Positions 38,161 through 49,800 of a DNA stretch of 64,000 bases are shown piece after piece. Source of the stretch: Psammoneis japonica (taxonomy: Eukaryota). The position numbers and the translations under genes are program-made. How positions within the stretch are numbered: position 1 is the first letter of the stretch; every line of letters begins with the position of its first letter. The stretch lies in the NCBI GenBank assembly GCA_008632985.1, contig QPGO01000005.1, positions 1,137,607 to 1,201,606 on the forward strand, in the 5' to 3' direction. Under the pieces are notes generated by a model. That model saw nothing but the letters and a program-made list of their open reading frames with translations, was not told the origin of the DNA and did no database searches.

Positions 38161-40204
38161 AGTGTTTGTTCACTTTGTCAGAGCCAGCGCGCTGTGATGT
38201 TCCTTGCCTGGAATGTGCATCGTGAACGGCACGACGGTGTTGGTGGCATTTGTTCAAAAACTCAAGCTCATCTGTGCCACAACATTGTGTGGATGCAAAC
38301 AAGAAATGTCAACCTGGATCAACAATTCTGCATCCCCAATGACGACGATTCCTCTGTCTCTGACAGTTTTGGACACTGTGCAAACCGCCGCCAGTTGCTG
38401 TGCACACAGACAAATTCTCATGACCAACCATTGGTCCACTCAGAAATTGAAAAGGAGTTGCCTCTTGCATTCTGCCACAGGCTAAAGAGCTTCAACCCAG
38501 AGCTGGCCAGTCATTCAGTGGACTGTGATGATGTGGATCACCTGTCACTTTTGCTCAACAAATTGTTGTTGTTGTTCCACTCCTTTTGCAGCTGTGGTTC
38601 TTCCCTGTGCTCATGAACCAATCGTGTTGACATTGAATGTCACCTTGTTCTTCTGATGTTTGAGCTGCGCAGCACAATCAATCGTGGCAAAGGCACACAT
38701 GGATGGAAAACGTCAAAGTTCCACAATCTGCTTCACTTGATGACTGCTCTTTGTTGATTGGGCACATTTTCTGGATGGGATGCCGCAGCGGGCGAGTCTG
38801 GTCTAAAGAAATGGGCAAAGCTTCCCAGCCAGACCTGCCAAGCCTCGCAAGGCAAAGAAGAGTTCACCCGCCAGCTTGCAAGCCAACTGCACAAGCAGAA
38901 TCTGTTGGAGAGAGCAAACAACTTGATTGTTTGTCCCCTTGCCACTGACAATTTGCCACCCAGCACAACATTGCACCACGACCTGGGGCACGCAATGTCC
39001 ACAGTTGACCAAGTCGAAAAAGCATGCTGCGAGTGCACTGGAACCCAGGAGATGAAAAGGGAATGAAGTGCTCATTTGGAGGAGGACATTGTAGATTTTT
39101 TGTGCCATCGCAACCAGTGGGGAATCAGACGGAGACACGTTGTGGTGTGTTTTGAGTCAAATCTACAGGCGGAACACAAGTTGAGATTTTGTGCCCACCC
39201 CAACTGTTGCAAGGCCGGGTGATGGCATGACTTTGCATGTGTCACATGCAGAAATGACAATGGAGCTGACAGCTTGTTTCCAGTGCAATTTTTTGCCGTT
39301 CTGAGTGATGACAAAAAAGAGGTTGTTGTTTTTGGGAGAACATGCAAGAAGCAAAGCGACATTGAAAGGGAAATGAGTGAGAACGGTTTGTTTCAGCATT
39401 GGCGAATGGAGGGCACATCACCCAAACACACCTTTCGACACAGTCAGAAAAACATGCTCATTGGTGGCGGCATGGGTGTTGTCTTGCCAAAGACAGCTCT
39501 GATTGACAGAAGGAAGAAACAAAAAAAGGCCCAAAACAAAAAAAAGTGTTGAGAACAATTTAGAGGACAGCACCAAGGCAACCAGTTTGTCTCTGTCCAG
39601 CTCCATGTCTGATCAAGAGCTCTTGGACAACAAGACATTGTTTTTCCTTGACATGAAGGATGAGTGGCCGGACATCTTTTTAAATGGCGACATGCACTTG
39701 GGAGGCAGGAGTGCATGTGAAGTGAGACAAATTGTCAAAACAAAGTTTTTTTCCTCACATGATTTTCCCGAATTCCATCAGCGTCATTTGGCAGAATGCT
39801 GCAAGGTTGGAATGTGACCACACACTCTCCGGGTCAGTTGTGTGGTTGCACTCAGCAACAAATTCCTCCAGTCTGCACCATTTGTCGACTGCAAAGAACT
39901 CGATCCTGTGTTTGAATCCATGTGTTTTGCGGCAGCAGTGCACAACTCCTGGCATTGCATGGGAAAGAAGACTGTGCCATCGTCACGCAGGAAAATGAAG
40001 TCCTCTGTCAAACCATGCTTCTTTGGACAGCGCAGGTGGCAAGAGAGCTGGTCCATGCATGCCACAGTCGCTGACATTTTGTTGTTGAGCATCAGTCTCC
40101 GCGCAGCTTCGCACATCTTCTGCACCTCCTCCAGTGTGATTCTGCCGGAATGTTCAACAGGACAGCTGTCTGCTGCAGTGTCAACACATGCCAATTTGCT
40201 GGGG

Positions 40205-40710
40205 CTTTTGTGTTTTCCCTGCATTTCCGTGCTTTCATGTTTTCCCGCATTTCCTTGTTTTTGTGTTTTTGCACATTTCCATGTTTTCCCGCATTTTCGT
40301 GTTTTCGTGTTTTCCCACATTTCCACGTTTTTGTGTTTTCCTGCATTTCTGGGTTTTCATGTTTTTCCACATTTCCATGTTTTCATGTTTTCCTGCATTT
40401 CCATGTTTTTGTTTTTTCATGTTTTTCCATGTTTCCGTGTTTTCATGTTTTCCTGCATTTCCATGTTTTTGTGTTTCCCATGTTTCCGGGTTTTTGTGTT
40501 TTCCCGCATTTCTGTGTTTTGTGTTTTCCTGCATTTCCGTGTTTTTGTGTTTTCCTGCATTTCCGGGTTTTCGTGTTCTCCCGCATTTCCGTGTTTTCAT
40601 GTTTTCCCACATTTCCACGTTTTTGTGTTTTTCCACATTTCCGTGTTTTCATGTTTTCCTGCATTTCTGTGTTTTCATTTTTTCCATGTTTGCCTGCATT
40701 TCCATGTTTT
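40205..40710. repeat. Degenerate ~19-27-bp minisatellite (ttttcc(c/t)gcatttcc(g/a)tgt-like)
   Basis: Tandem units directly visible. Confidence 0.9.
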
Positions 40711-41274
40711 GACGTGTTCCAGTCCCAGGTGACACACAAAACGACAATCGATTTTGAACATGAGGCATGCACACATTAGTGTGTGAAGCATTTTCATGTG
40801 AAATGCTCAAACGGATTGGCTTTTACAGGCATCTAGAGTGTGAACAATTGTGAAGAATTGAACAGTTTTTTGTGGGGTGTCAAATTCCTCATGGGACATG
40901 CATCACAAACTTCCTCAGTGGACTCAATGCTGATTGTGCGTCCGCACTCTTCATGCGCAAATTTCTTTGCAAGTGGCAAACACACTGAAAACCATTGCAG
41001 AAAGATGTGTTTGGTTGACATCCAAACAGCGGCAACAATTTCGCCAAAAATCATCCGTTGTGTTACGATTCGTTTGTCGCAATGAAAAACATTGATGGCA
41101 CAATGACAATGATTTTGCAACACTCACACGAGTCTTGCCAGTGTTGCAAAACATTAGAATTTGAACAAATCTGTGCTTTTGGTGGTGAAAAACCGTTCGC
41201 AAGTCAGAGACCGCGCAAAAATTGCGCAAATGTCGTTTTTGCACACGATTTGGGTCACGTGCGGCTGGAACACG

Positions 41275-41550
41275 TCTTTTCATGCATTTCCGTGTTTCTG
41301 TGTTTTCATGATTTCCCGCATTTCCGTGTTTTTGTGTTTTCCCGCATTTCCGTGTTTTTGCAATTTCCTGGTTTTTGTGTCACCCCGCATTTCCAAGTTT
41401 TTGTGTTTTCCTGCATTTCAGGGTTTTCGTGTTTTCCCACATTTCCGGGCTTTCCTGTTTTCCTGTTTTCCTGCATTTCAGGTTTTTCATGTTTTCCCGC
41501 ATTTCCTGGTTTTCATGTTTTCTCTCATTTCTGTGTTTTCCTGCATTTCC
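41275..41550. repeat. Second block of the same minisatellite
   Basis: Same unit as 40205-40710. Confidence 0.9.
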
Positions 41551-42924
41551 AAATCATGTGCAGCACACGACTGTCATGTGCGTGTCTGCAATTGAATGTT
41601 GTTGTTTGTGCGTCAATCGCACCACAGTCACAGATGGGTGCGAAGGACAGAACGATCACACAGAGTTGGTCAGAAGTCGAAAATTGCAAACACAATTGAT
41701 TGACAATGTTGGCTTCTCACGTGTCAACAGCAATCACACCTGGACAATCTGTTGTCACGAACATGTTTTCTGAAAGGCCTTTTGTCTGCAGAAGCAGTGC
41801 AGAAGCTTTGGGCCATTGAGAACTCCTTCGGAGAAACCAAAAATCACAGAGCAAAGTTAAATCTCACAATTTTCACTTTTCGCACTTCATTCTGCTGTTG
41901 TTTGCACTCATTCTTTGAGCACAGTGCATTGTGCATGCACACCACAGAAGGCAAAAACATGACAAAAAATGGGAGTTGAGGGCACAAAATCACAAAGGGC
42001 ACAAACTTTCCTGGGGCACAAAAAAAATCACTGAGTGGAGTGAGAGTGCAAAATGGCAGCTGAGGGCTCAAAGTTGCAAAGGGCACAAGTTGGCCAAGGG
42101 CAGCACAAAAGGCACAAAGGGCACGAAGTGGCCAGCTGCAAAAAACCAGGAAGAGCAAAAGTGCAAAGTGGCCAAGGGCACAAAATCATGAATGGAAAAA
42201 TGGCGGTGGCAGCGGGCAGCAGTTGTGCCACCATTGTGACTCAAGTTGTTGTCGCAGCTGCCCTCATGCTGTCATTGTTGCACTTTACAAAAAAGCCAAG
42301 ATGCGGCACGCAAGGGGACAAATCGGTGAAATCTGTCTCTGCATCATGGGGAAGCCCATTTGTCCCCCATGATGCGCTCATTCTCGGCTCTGCATGTTGG
42401 GGGTCACAGCATGTTGGGTGAGCATGTCAACCTCTCCCCCCCAACATGCCATTCCCGTGCCATGCACGCTTTTGTTGACACGCCACAGAAGCCATTTTGC
42501 TTGACCTGGCTTCATCACGAGTGTTCTTTGATCAACAGCTGCAGGTGATGTTGCCCTTTTTTTGTGGTGTCCTCTTTTGTTGCTGATGTGTCCACTCCAC
42601 GTCAGCTCTCCATTTTTGTGGGCGCATGCCTCCTCGTCTCCTTCCCTTGTGTTGCCATCCACACCACCGGCGTTGCGCTCCATTCTGCCCAAACACATGT
42701 GTTGTTTGAAGCAACAAACCCTGCTCTGCTTTCCCAAGGCATTTGCGGCAGTTGCCACGTTGGCTTTGCTCCAGTGCCCCCAGTGCCAAACACTTGCACC
42801 ACAAATCTTGTTTGATCAGCGCCCTTGCCAGCGGGCTGTGTCCCTTCAGTGCCCCCCACAACATGTGGCGGGTCATGTGCAAAGATTGTCCTCGATTTAA
42901 AGACCGCCTTTGGAGCTTCATGGA

Positions 42925-43240
42925 AGTGCGCAAATGCGCAAATGCACAAATGCAGAAGTGCAAAAATGCAAAAATGCAAAAATGCAAAAATGCGAAAATG
43001 CAAAAAATGCGGAAATGCGGAAATGCGGAAATGCGAAAAATGCGGAAATGCGGAAATGCCGAAATGCTGAAATGCGGAAATCCGAAAATGCAGAAATGCG
43101 GAAATGCGGGAACGCGGAAATGCGGAAATGCGGAAATGTGGAAATGCGAAAATGCAAAAATGCAAAAATGCGGAAATGCAAAAATGCGGGAATGCAGAAA
43201 AACACGAAAACACGGAAATGTGGAAATGCGAAAATGCAAA
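42925..43240. repeat. Degenerate 8-bp satellite (RAAATGCR)
   Basis: aaaatgca / gaaatgcg units. Confidence 0.9.
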
Positions 43241-43245
43241 AAGGG

Positions 43246-43293
43246 CCAGGGTTGGGGTCAGGGTTGGGTTTGGGGCTGGGGTCAGGGTTGGGG
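43246..43293 (+). repeat. Eroded interstitial telomere-like hexamer array (8 units)
   Basis: ccaggg ttgggg tcaggg ttgggt ttgggg ctgggg tcaggg ttgggg; most units are one transition from TTAGGG. Confidence 0.7.
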
Positions 43294-43399
43294 TTTGTCT
43301 CTGAATCTTTGGCACATGACATCTTGTCCATCAACATGACAATGTTTTTTGTGTGTTGGTTTCATGACAAGGTGCTGTGCTCAGCAAATGTCCGCCAAA

Positions 43400-43800
43400 G
43401 TGCTGTGGCGGTGTTTCAAGCTCAAGACGAAATTGGTTGGAGACAGATTTTTAATGGGCGCTTCTCATCTTTGTGGAACAAAGCTCAGCCATCATGCTTG
43501 CTGTCAGCTGGATTGTGCCGCTCCTTGTCGAACATGGAAAAGCGCTCAGATTGGGCTGCTGCGATTGGCAGTTTTGTGTGGCCCCAATGGCGGGAACTCT
43601 CCATGGCGGCACTGCACATGGGCACAATTTGGGCACAAGAAAGTCCTCACAGCACCGTGACGCCAAGGCCGAAGCATGAGCCATCCACTCCAAGGCAGAC
43701 AGTTGTTCAGCTTGCAATCGATCCGAGTTGCTCAGTTCAGCGGAGGAGCATCTCACTTGTTTGACCCACAGGTTGCGCAGCTGGTTGGCCATGGCTCAAC
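43400..43800 (+). mobile_element. C-terminal fragment of a diatom non-LTR (Ambal-like) retrotransposon ORF, partly repeated near 49650 and 55740
   Basis: QDEIGWRQIFNGRFSSLW...WAAAIGSFVWPQWREL matches the QxxIGW...GR...W pattern recalled for these elements. Confidence 0.5.
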
Positions 43801-46800
43801 CAGTGCTCAAGTCAAGCATCTGCAAAGCCTGGCATCTGGCAGCGAGGGGCACTGGCGCCGCTGCAAGTTGTTTTGGCACAACATCACCTCAGGGTGATGC
43901 CGGTTGAGGACGTGCAAAACCAACAATTTGACTGCAATGTGAAAAGTTGACTCCATCATGATGCTCCATTGGAGAGGGCAGTCTGGAGATGGCCAGGTGC
44001 ACTTTTTATGCAGAAGCTGCACGAGAGCCAAGCACGTGCATTCCTGCACAGACGCAGCACAAAAACAGAAAACAGAAAGCATGGCACGCCCATCAGCGAC
44101 TCACGACAACACCATGTGACGACCATGCATCAAAATGGCGTCATCCGCATCTTTCTGTGGCTCCTCTTTCACTTGCCCGATTGCCCCAAAAGGGCCAGGG
44201 AAAGCTCGTGCACTTCTGTCATGATGGACCAATGCAAGCTGAAGTTGTTCTTTTCACTCCACAACATCAGAATGCAGCGCAACAGATTTTCAAGGTGCGC
44301 CCGCATGTTGGCTGTGCTGTCAGCCAAATCAGTGCCATTTGCCGTTCGCTCACTTGGCGAGTTGCAAAGCCAACGACTCTTGTTGGCTGAAACTCTTGAG
44401 CCACTTTTGAGACTTGACACAATGACCCACTTGTCCCGTTCTTCACCCTCTGTGTTTCATCAGAGGCGGCAATGCAGTGTTGCTCACTTTCCTTTGTAAA
44501 TTTTGGAGCACTGAATTGCACAAAAGTGTGCTGTTGTTGTTCAGCTTCAGTTTCAATTTTAAGAGTCAAGTTGAATTTGTTGTTTCCTTTTTGTGTGTGC
44601 AATTGTCACCTTTTTGTTTTGATTTAAATTCGCCGAAGACTTTCAACATGTGTTTCATTGTCGAAAAACAAGTTTTGTTTTGATGAATTTGTCGCACATG
44701 TGTCACCAACGAACCTCTTTTTGCACATGCCTTGTTTGAAGAGTGTCATTTGTGGCAACTTGCAATGACTGGCCAATGGCAAAGGTGGCTGAACTCTGTT
44801 TGTGCTTGATGCGTCAACTTGGAGAGTGGGGGTCTGGGGTGTTTGTGCACTCCTTTGTGCTGCACAAGCCAAGCTGAGCCTCCTGTGTTTGTGAAGGTCA
44901 TTGTGCAGTTGCAAGGAATGTGTGCTTCATGGGTGGTGGCTTGTCTTCTGGGTTGCTTGGGCAGTTGGGGCATGCCAGCTTGGATGGCACGGGAGGCATG
45001 AACTTCTTTTTTCACACCCTGTGGCTGGTGGCGCCTCTCAGCAAAATGGCTGCAGATTGAGCAAATGCAGACACCCATGCAGTGTTTCTAAATTGCCTTT
45101 TTGTCTCTGGTTTTGGCACAAGAGTGCGCTCCCATTGCCCAGCCAACTGTTGGGCACTGACCAAGAGTGACCCCCTCAACACTCCGCTGTCCACAGATGA
45201 GTTGGGAAACTCAGAAAAGCTTGCCTCCACATCAACCTGACTGGGGCTGGAGGTGGGAGAGCCTGGCAGACCTGGAGACATGAAAAAACTCTTGGCTGGG
45301 GAGGCTGCCTTGCCAAGCATTTGTGTGCTTTTCCCTCCAATGTGCGATGGAGACAACTGCAACACCCTGGCTGTTTTGGCTGGAGCTTGGCCAGCCCTCA
45401 ACCCAAATGGGGAAAAATCTGCTTGAGCAGGAGAAGCTGACAGCCCGCCAAGGTTGGGAGGTGCAGAGCAGGTGCCTGTTGCTCTGCTCACCATTGCAAG
45501 AGCGCCCCTTTGGTGCTGATCAAAACTCCATCCTGTCAAGCAAAAGCTTGGGCTGTGCAAACTGAGAAAAGAAATCTTGCTGCTCTGGGGCTGGGCCATC
45601 ATGCCCATCCTCAGGTTTGCTGTCTGAGGAACTCATGGTTGAGATGAGCCAAGGTGTTCAAAAGTGTTGGTTGTGTTGTGAGGGCTGGAGTTGAGAGTTT
45701 CTGTTGAAAATGAAAATTTGGGCCGCCATGTCCGGCAGGTGGGTCAGACTTCCTTTTGCAAAAATGCAAAGAACAGATGAAAGCTGCCAAGTTGAGATGG
45801 AACTCACCAAGCAGTGCTTGCACTGGGCTCAGCTCTTCTCGCACTGTTGGGAGAGGACCCTGCACAGCAGAGAAGCAGGGGTGCTTCTAGAAAGGGACAA
45901 AGACTGGCCTGGGCTTGCTCTGAGAAAAAAGTTTCTTGAAGCAGAAATGAGCCAGCTTTTTCCCAGCTGGTGTTCTCGGGGTTGTTCTCCAACTGGTGCA
46001 AGTGCTTTGAGCGCACCACTTCAATGGCTTCACCACCAGCAAAGCAGAAGCAGCGACAATGAGGTGCCACAATTTTTCTGCACAAAATCTGCCCCAGTGT
46101 CCTGTGGAAACAGCTTTCTGGGCAGAAAATTCCAGACACAAAATGAAAAAAAAACAAGTGCTGTTGAATTCTTTGTGTCACCTGAATTTCTGGTGAGTTT
46201 TGGTGAAGAGCAGAAAGGAGACAAGGAGTTGGTTGTGGCAGAAATTAAGCACCTGATGGTTGGTGTTGATTTGCTGTTTGACGTGTTCCAGCTCCAGGTG
46301 GGACCTCGTGCTGCTGAGCTGTTGCATGGTCATTTTTTGTCATCCGTCGCATGTTTCGCACGTGCATTTCTGCGTGTTCCATTGTAAAAAATTGTTCCAC
46401 ACTGCCTGTTTTGCAAAGCCAAAGGCTTTCTGTTGTCTGCACTTGTGTCAACAAAAACGCGCTGGGCATGTTCTTTGTTCTCCTGCAGAAGCACAGACAA
46501 AGACCAAAGGAAAACAAGAGGTTGGGAAAACAAAAAGGTGTGCTGGGTCAATGCAATCCGTCAAAATGCCATGGAGTGATTCACCAAATGAGGGTGTGAG
46601 AATGAAGCTGGGCAGTGTGATGACAGAAGCAGTTTTTGTTCATTTTTGGGCTTTCTCTCACACCTTTCTTTTCACAGATGCACTCATCAGAGCAAAACAA
46701 ATCATGCCATGCAATGGCGTTGTTGGTGGGAAAAGATTGTGGTGGCAAAATCTGGCAATGGTTGATGATGCCATCATGGTGGCATCAGCGGTGGTTGGCA

Positions 46801-49800
46801 GTTGGCAGCGGTGTGTTTTGAAGTGGGAGGGGAAATCTGACCTTGCGTCGCGACATTGCACGACGTTTGCCATGGTCCATGGTGTGCCAGAATCTGACAT
46901 TGTGTTGGCAACATCAGCAGTCATGTGGGAACAGCATGAAAAATGAGCAGCAGAGGGAAATCTGACCTTGTGTTGTGACGCTGCATGACGTTTCACTGTG
47001 GTGAGCCAGAACCCAACATTGTGGTGGCGACATCAGCAGCTGCATGAGGGCAGTGTGAAAAACAAGCAACAGAGGGAAATCTGACCTTGCATCATGACAT
47101 TGCATGATGTTTTGCCGTGGCAAGCCAGGGTCTGACATTGTGCGGCAGGCATCCCCACCGTGGCCACCGACGACGCCACTTTCCTGCATCTGCAGGCTGT
47201 CCGCAGCGATGCTGATCCTGCAGAAGCGTGCTGCAGAAAGCACGACACCCAGCGCAAGACCTGCAACAGGCCACAGGAGTGACCCGCATGACTGAGACCT
47301 GTGCAGCTGGCCATCACACAAGTGACTCGCCTTGTGTGAAGGGTCTGCTCAGGATGCACGCAGTGCCGAGCATGAGCCTGTGAATTGGCTCAGCATGAGT
47401 GTCAGCCAAGTGCTGCAAAAGACTCGTGCTCAAATCTTTCCAATGACTCATCACGCAAAAAGAACCCCCGCTTCTTGGAAAAAGACACCACCACGCATCT
47501 GCACTCTGGCCAAAACAATCTCACAATTTTTGCACACACAGAAAACAAATCTCCATCTCTGTGGTTTGGGTGCTTGTCCCCCATTTCTGCGTGGGTCAGC
47601 TGCAGCCATGGCATTGCAGCATGTGTCAAAATGGGGGACAAGTGGTTGCCAACTGCCAAGGTTTCATTGCAGCCAACGAGCGGTCCAAGGTGGCAAAGGG
47701 CACAAAACCACAATGGCCAAAAACTGCTGAAGGCACAAAATCATGAGGGGCGCCAAATGTGGCTGAGGGCCCAAAACCAAAAAAGGCACAAAATGGCCAA
47801 GGGCACAAAGTCACAAAGGGTGCAAAATGGCCAAGGGCACAAAACCATGAGATGGGGCAAAATGCTCAAGGGCACAAAAAAAGGATGGGGCACAAAACAG
47901 CCAAGGGCACAAAAAGGTCAAGGGCACAAAGCCAAGAATTGCGCAACATGGCTGGGGGCACAAAATCTCAAAGGTGCCCCCAGTGCCAAACACTTGCGCC
48001 ACAAATCTTGTTTGGTCAGCGCCCTGCCAGTGGGCTGTGTCCCTCCAGTGCCCCCTGCAACATGTGGCGAGATTGTTCTCGATTTGGAGCTTCGCAAAAT
48101 GCGAAAATGCGAAAATGCGAAAATGCGAAAATGCGAAAATGCGAAAATGCGAAAATGCGAAAATGCGAAAATGCGAAAATGCGAAAATGCGAAAATGCGA
48201 AAATGCGAAAATGCGAAAATGCGAAAATGCGAAAATGCGAAAATGCGAAAATGCGAAAATGCGAAAATGCGAAAATGCGAAAATGCGAAAATGCGAAAAT
48301 GCGAAAATGCGAAAATGCGAAAATGCGAAAATGCGAAAATGCGAAAATGCGAAAATGCGAAAATGCGAAAATGCGAAAATGCGAAAATGCGAAAATGCGA
48401 AAATGCGAAAATGCGAAAATGCGAAAATGATGTGACGCACCAAATTCCGTTGAGAGTGTCCAGGTTCCGACCTCAGAGACGATCGCATTTTTCAGTTTGG
48501 CAAAACGCCATTGTCCGTGCTGTTTTGCGTGTTGTTTTGAGCCGCAGAGCCAGAGAACACTCCCAAAAAATTGCTCTGAAGGGCAAAATGTGCTGAATCT
48601 GCACAGATTTGGGTTGCGCCAGGCCACGCAGAAAGTGAGCAGGCTAAAAACTCCGGCGCACCCACTTGAGCACATTCAACAACTGGCTGACAAAAGACTG
48701 GTTGACTGCTTTCCCAAAGCACCGCTTGTGTTGTGCCCTTCCCCAGCTGCTCTCCAGCTGGTGCCGTGGAGTGCAGTCGCTCAATTTGGATTGTGTCTGC
48801 AACGTCATTTGCAACAAACGTGGCTGCCGCTTTTCACACATTGTCTGCCAAACAGGTTTTGGCTCCAGCTCGTGTGTCTCAGCGCAACCCGCCGCACGGC
48901 TTTCCTCATCCCCCAGCCCACTGCCCCCCTCCTCCACTTTTCTGCCGACTGGCTCCAGCCCTGGGTGGGACTTTTTGCAACATTTGCCCTGCAGAATTCC
49001 ACGTGCGAGCTCTGCAGTTCGCACTCTGGTCAGTGGACATGAATGCCAAAAGTTGTTGAATGGATCGCCCGGCAATTGTGCTGCAAAGCGATGCAAAATT
49101 TCTCCAAAATCACTTGGAAACGCACGTGCGCGACATGCGACACGATTCAAAAAACTGTCGATGTCACAATTCAGCAGTGCGAGGTCCCACCCAGACCTGG
49201 GGCGCATCTGCCACGCTCTGCCACAATCTTCCTGCAAAAATCCTCCCTCTTGCATTTCCTGGGCGCACTCCCTTCCGCATCTCCGTTCTTGGAGTTCCCT
49301 GCCGTGAAGCGCTCCAGGCATCTCGCGCACTTTTGTGCAAACAAGTCACATGTTTCCAGGTTGTGAACTGCCTCACAGCCAAAAGAAGCAATCTTTGCCT
49401 TTAGAATCACCATGGTGCGCTGGTCTGCCAAATCAAACTCAGCATCACCATGGACAGTCGGGGAGAAATGTTGTCAAAATTGCGCAATGACGTGTTTGAG
49501 CTCTTGAGAGCTCACCCAGCTTGAGACATCATGGCTCCAAGTCGCCATGTTTGTCACGAACTCTTCCTGATGCTGTGTCTGTGACTTGAATTGCCGCGGC
49601 CATCGCACTTCAGAGATGACATTCTTGACAAGAAAAAGCACCCCTGGGACGCGGTTGGAGACAGATTTTCAATGGGTGCTTCTCATCTTTGTGGAACAAA
49701 GCTCAGTCATCATGCTTGCTGTCAGCTGGATTGTGCCGCTCCTTGTCGAACATGGAAAAGTGCTCAGATTGGGCTGCTGCAATTGGCAGTTTTGTGTGGC

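Noticed and set aside
39784..41773. Phe/Cys-rich membrane-protein-like ORFs
   Set aside because: Translations of the minisatellite.
47385..48675. Long ORFs with (KMRKCENA)n or (FAFSHFRI)n
   Set aside because: Translations of a stop-free 8-bp satellite, open in several frames.
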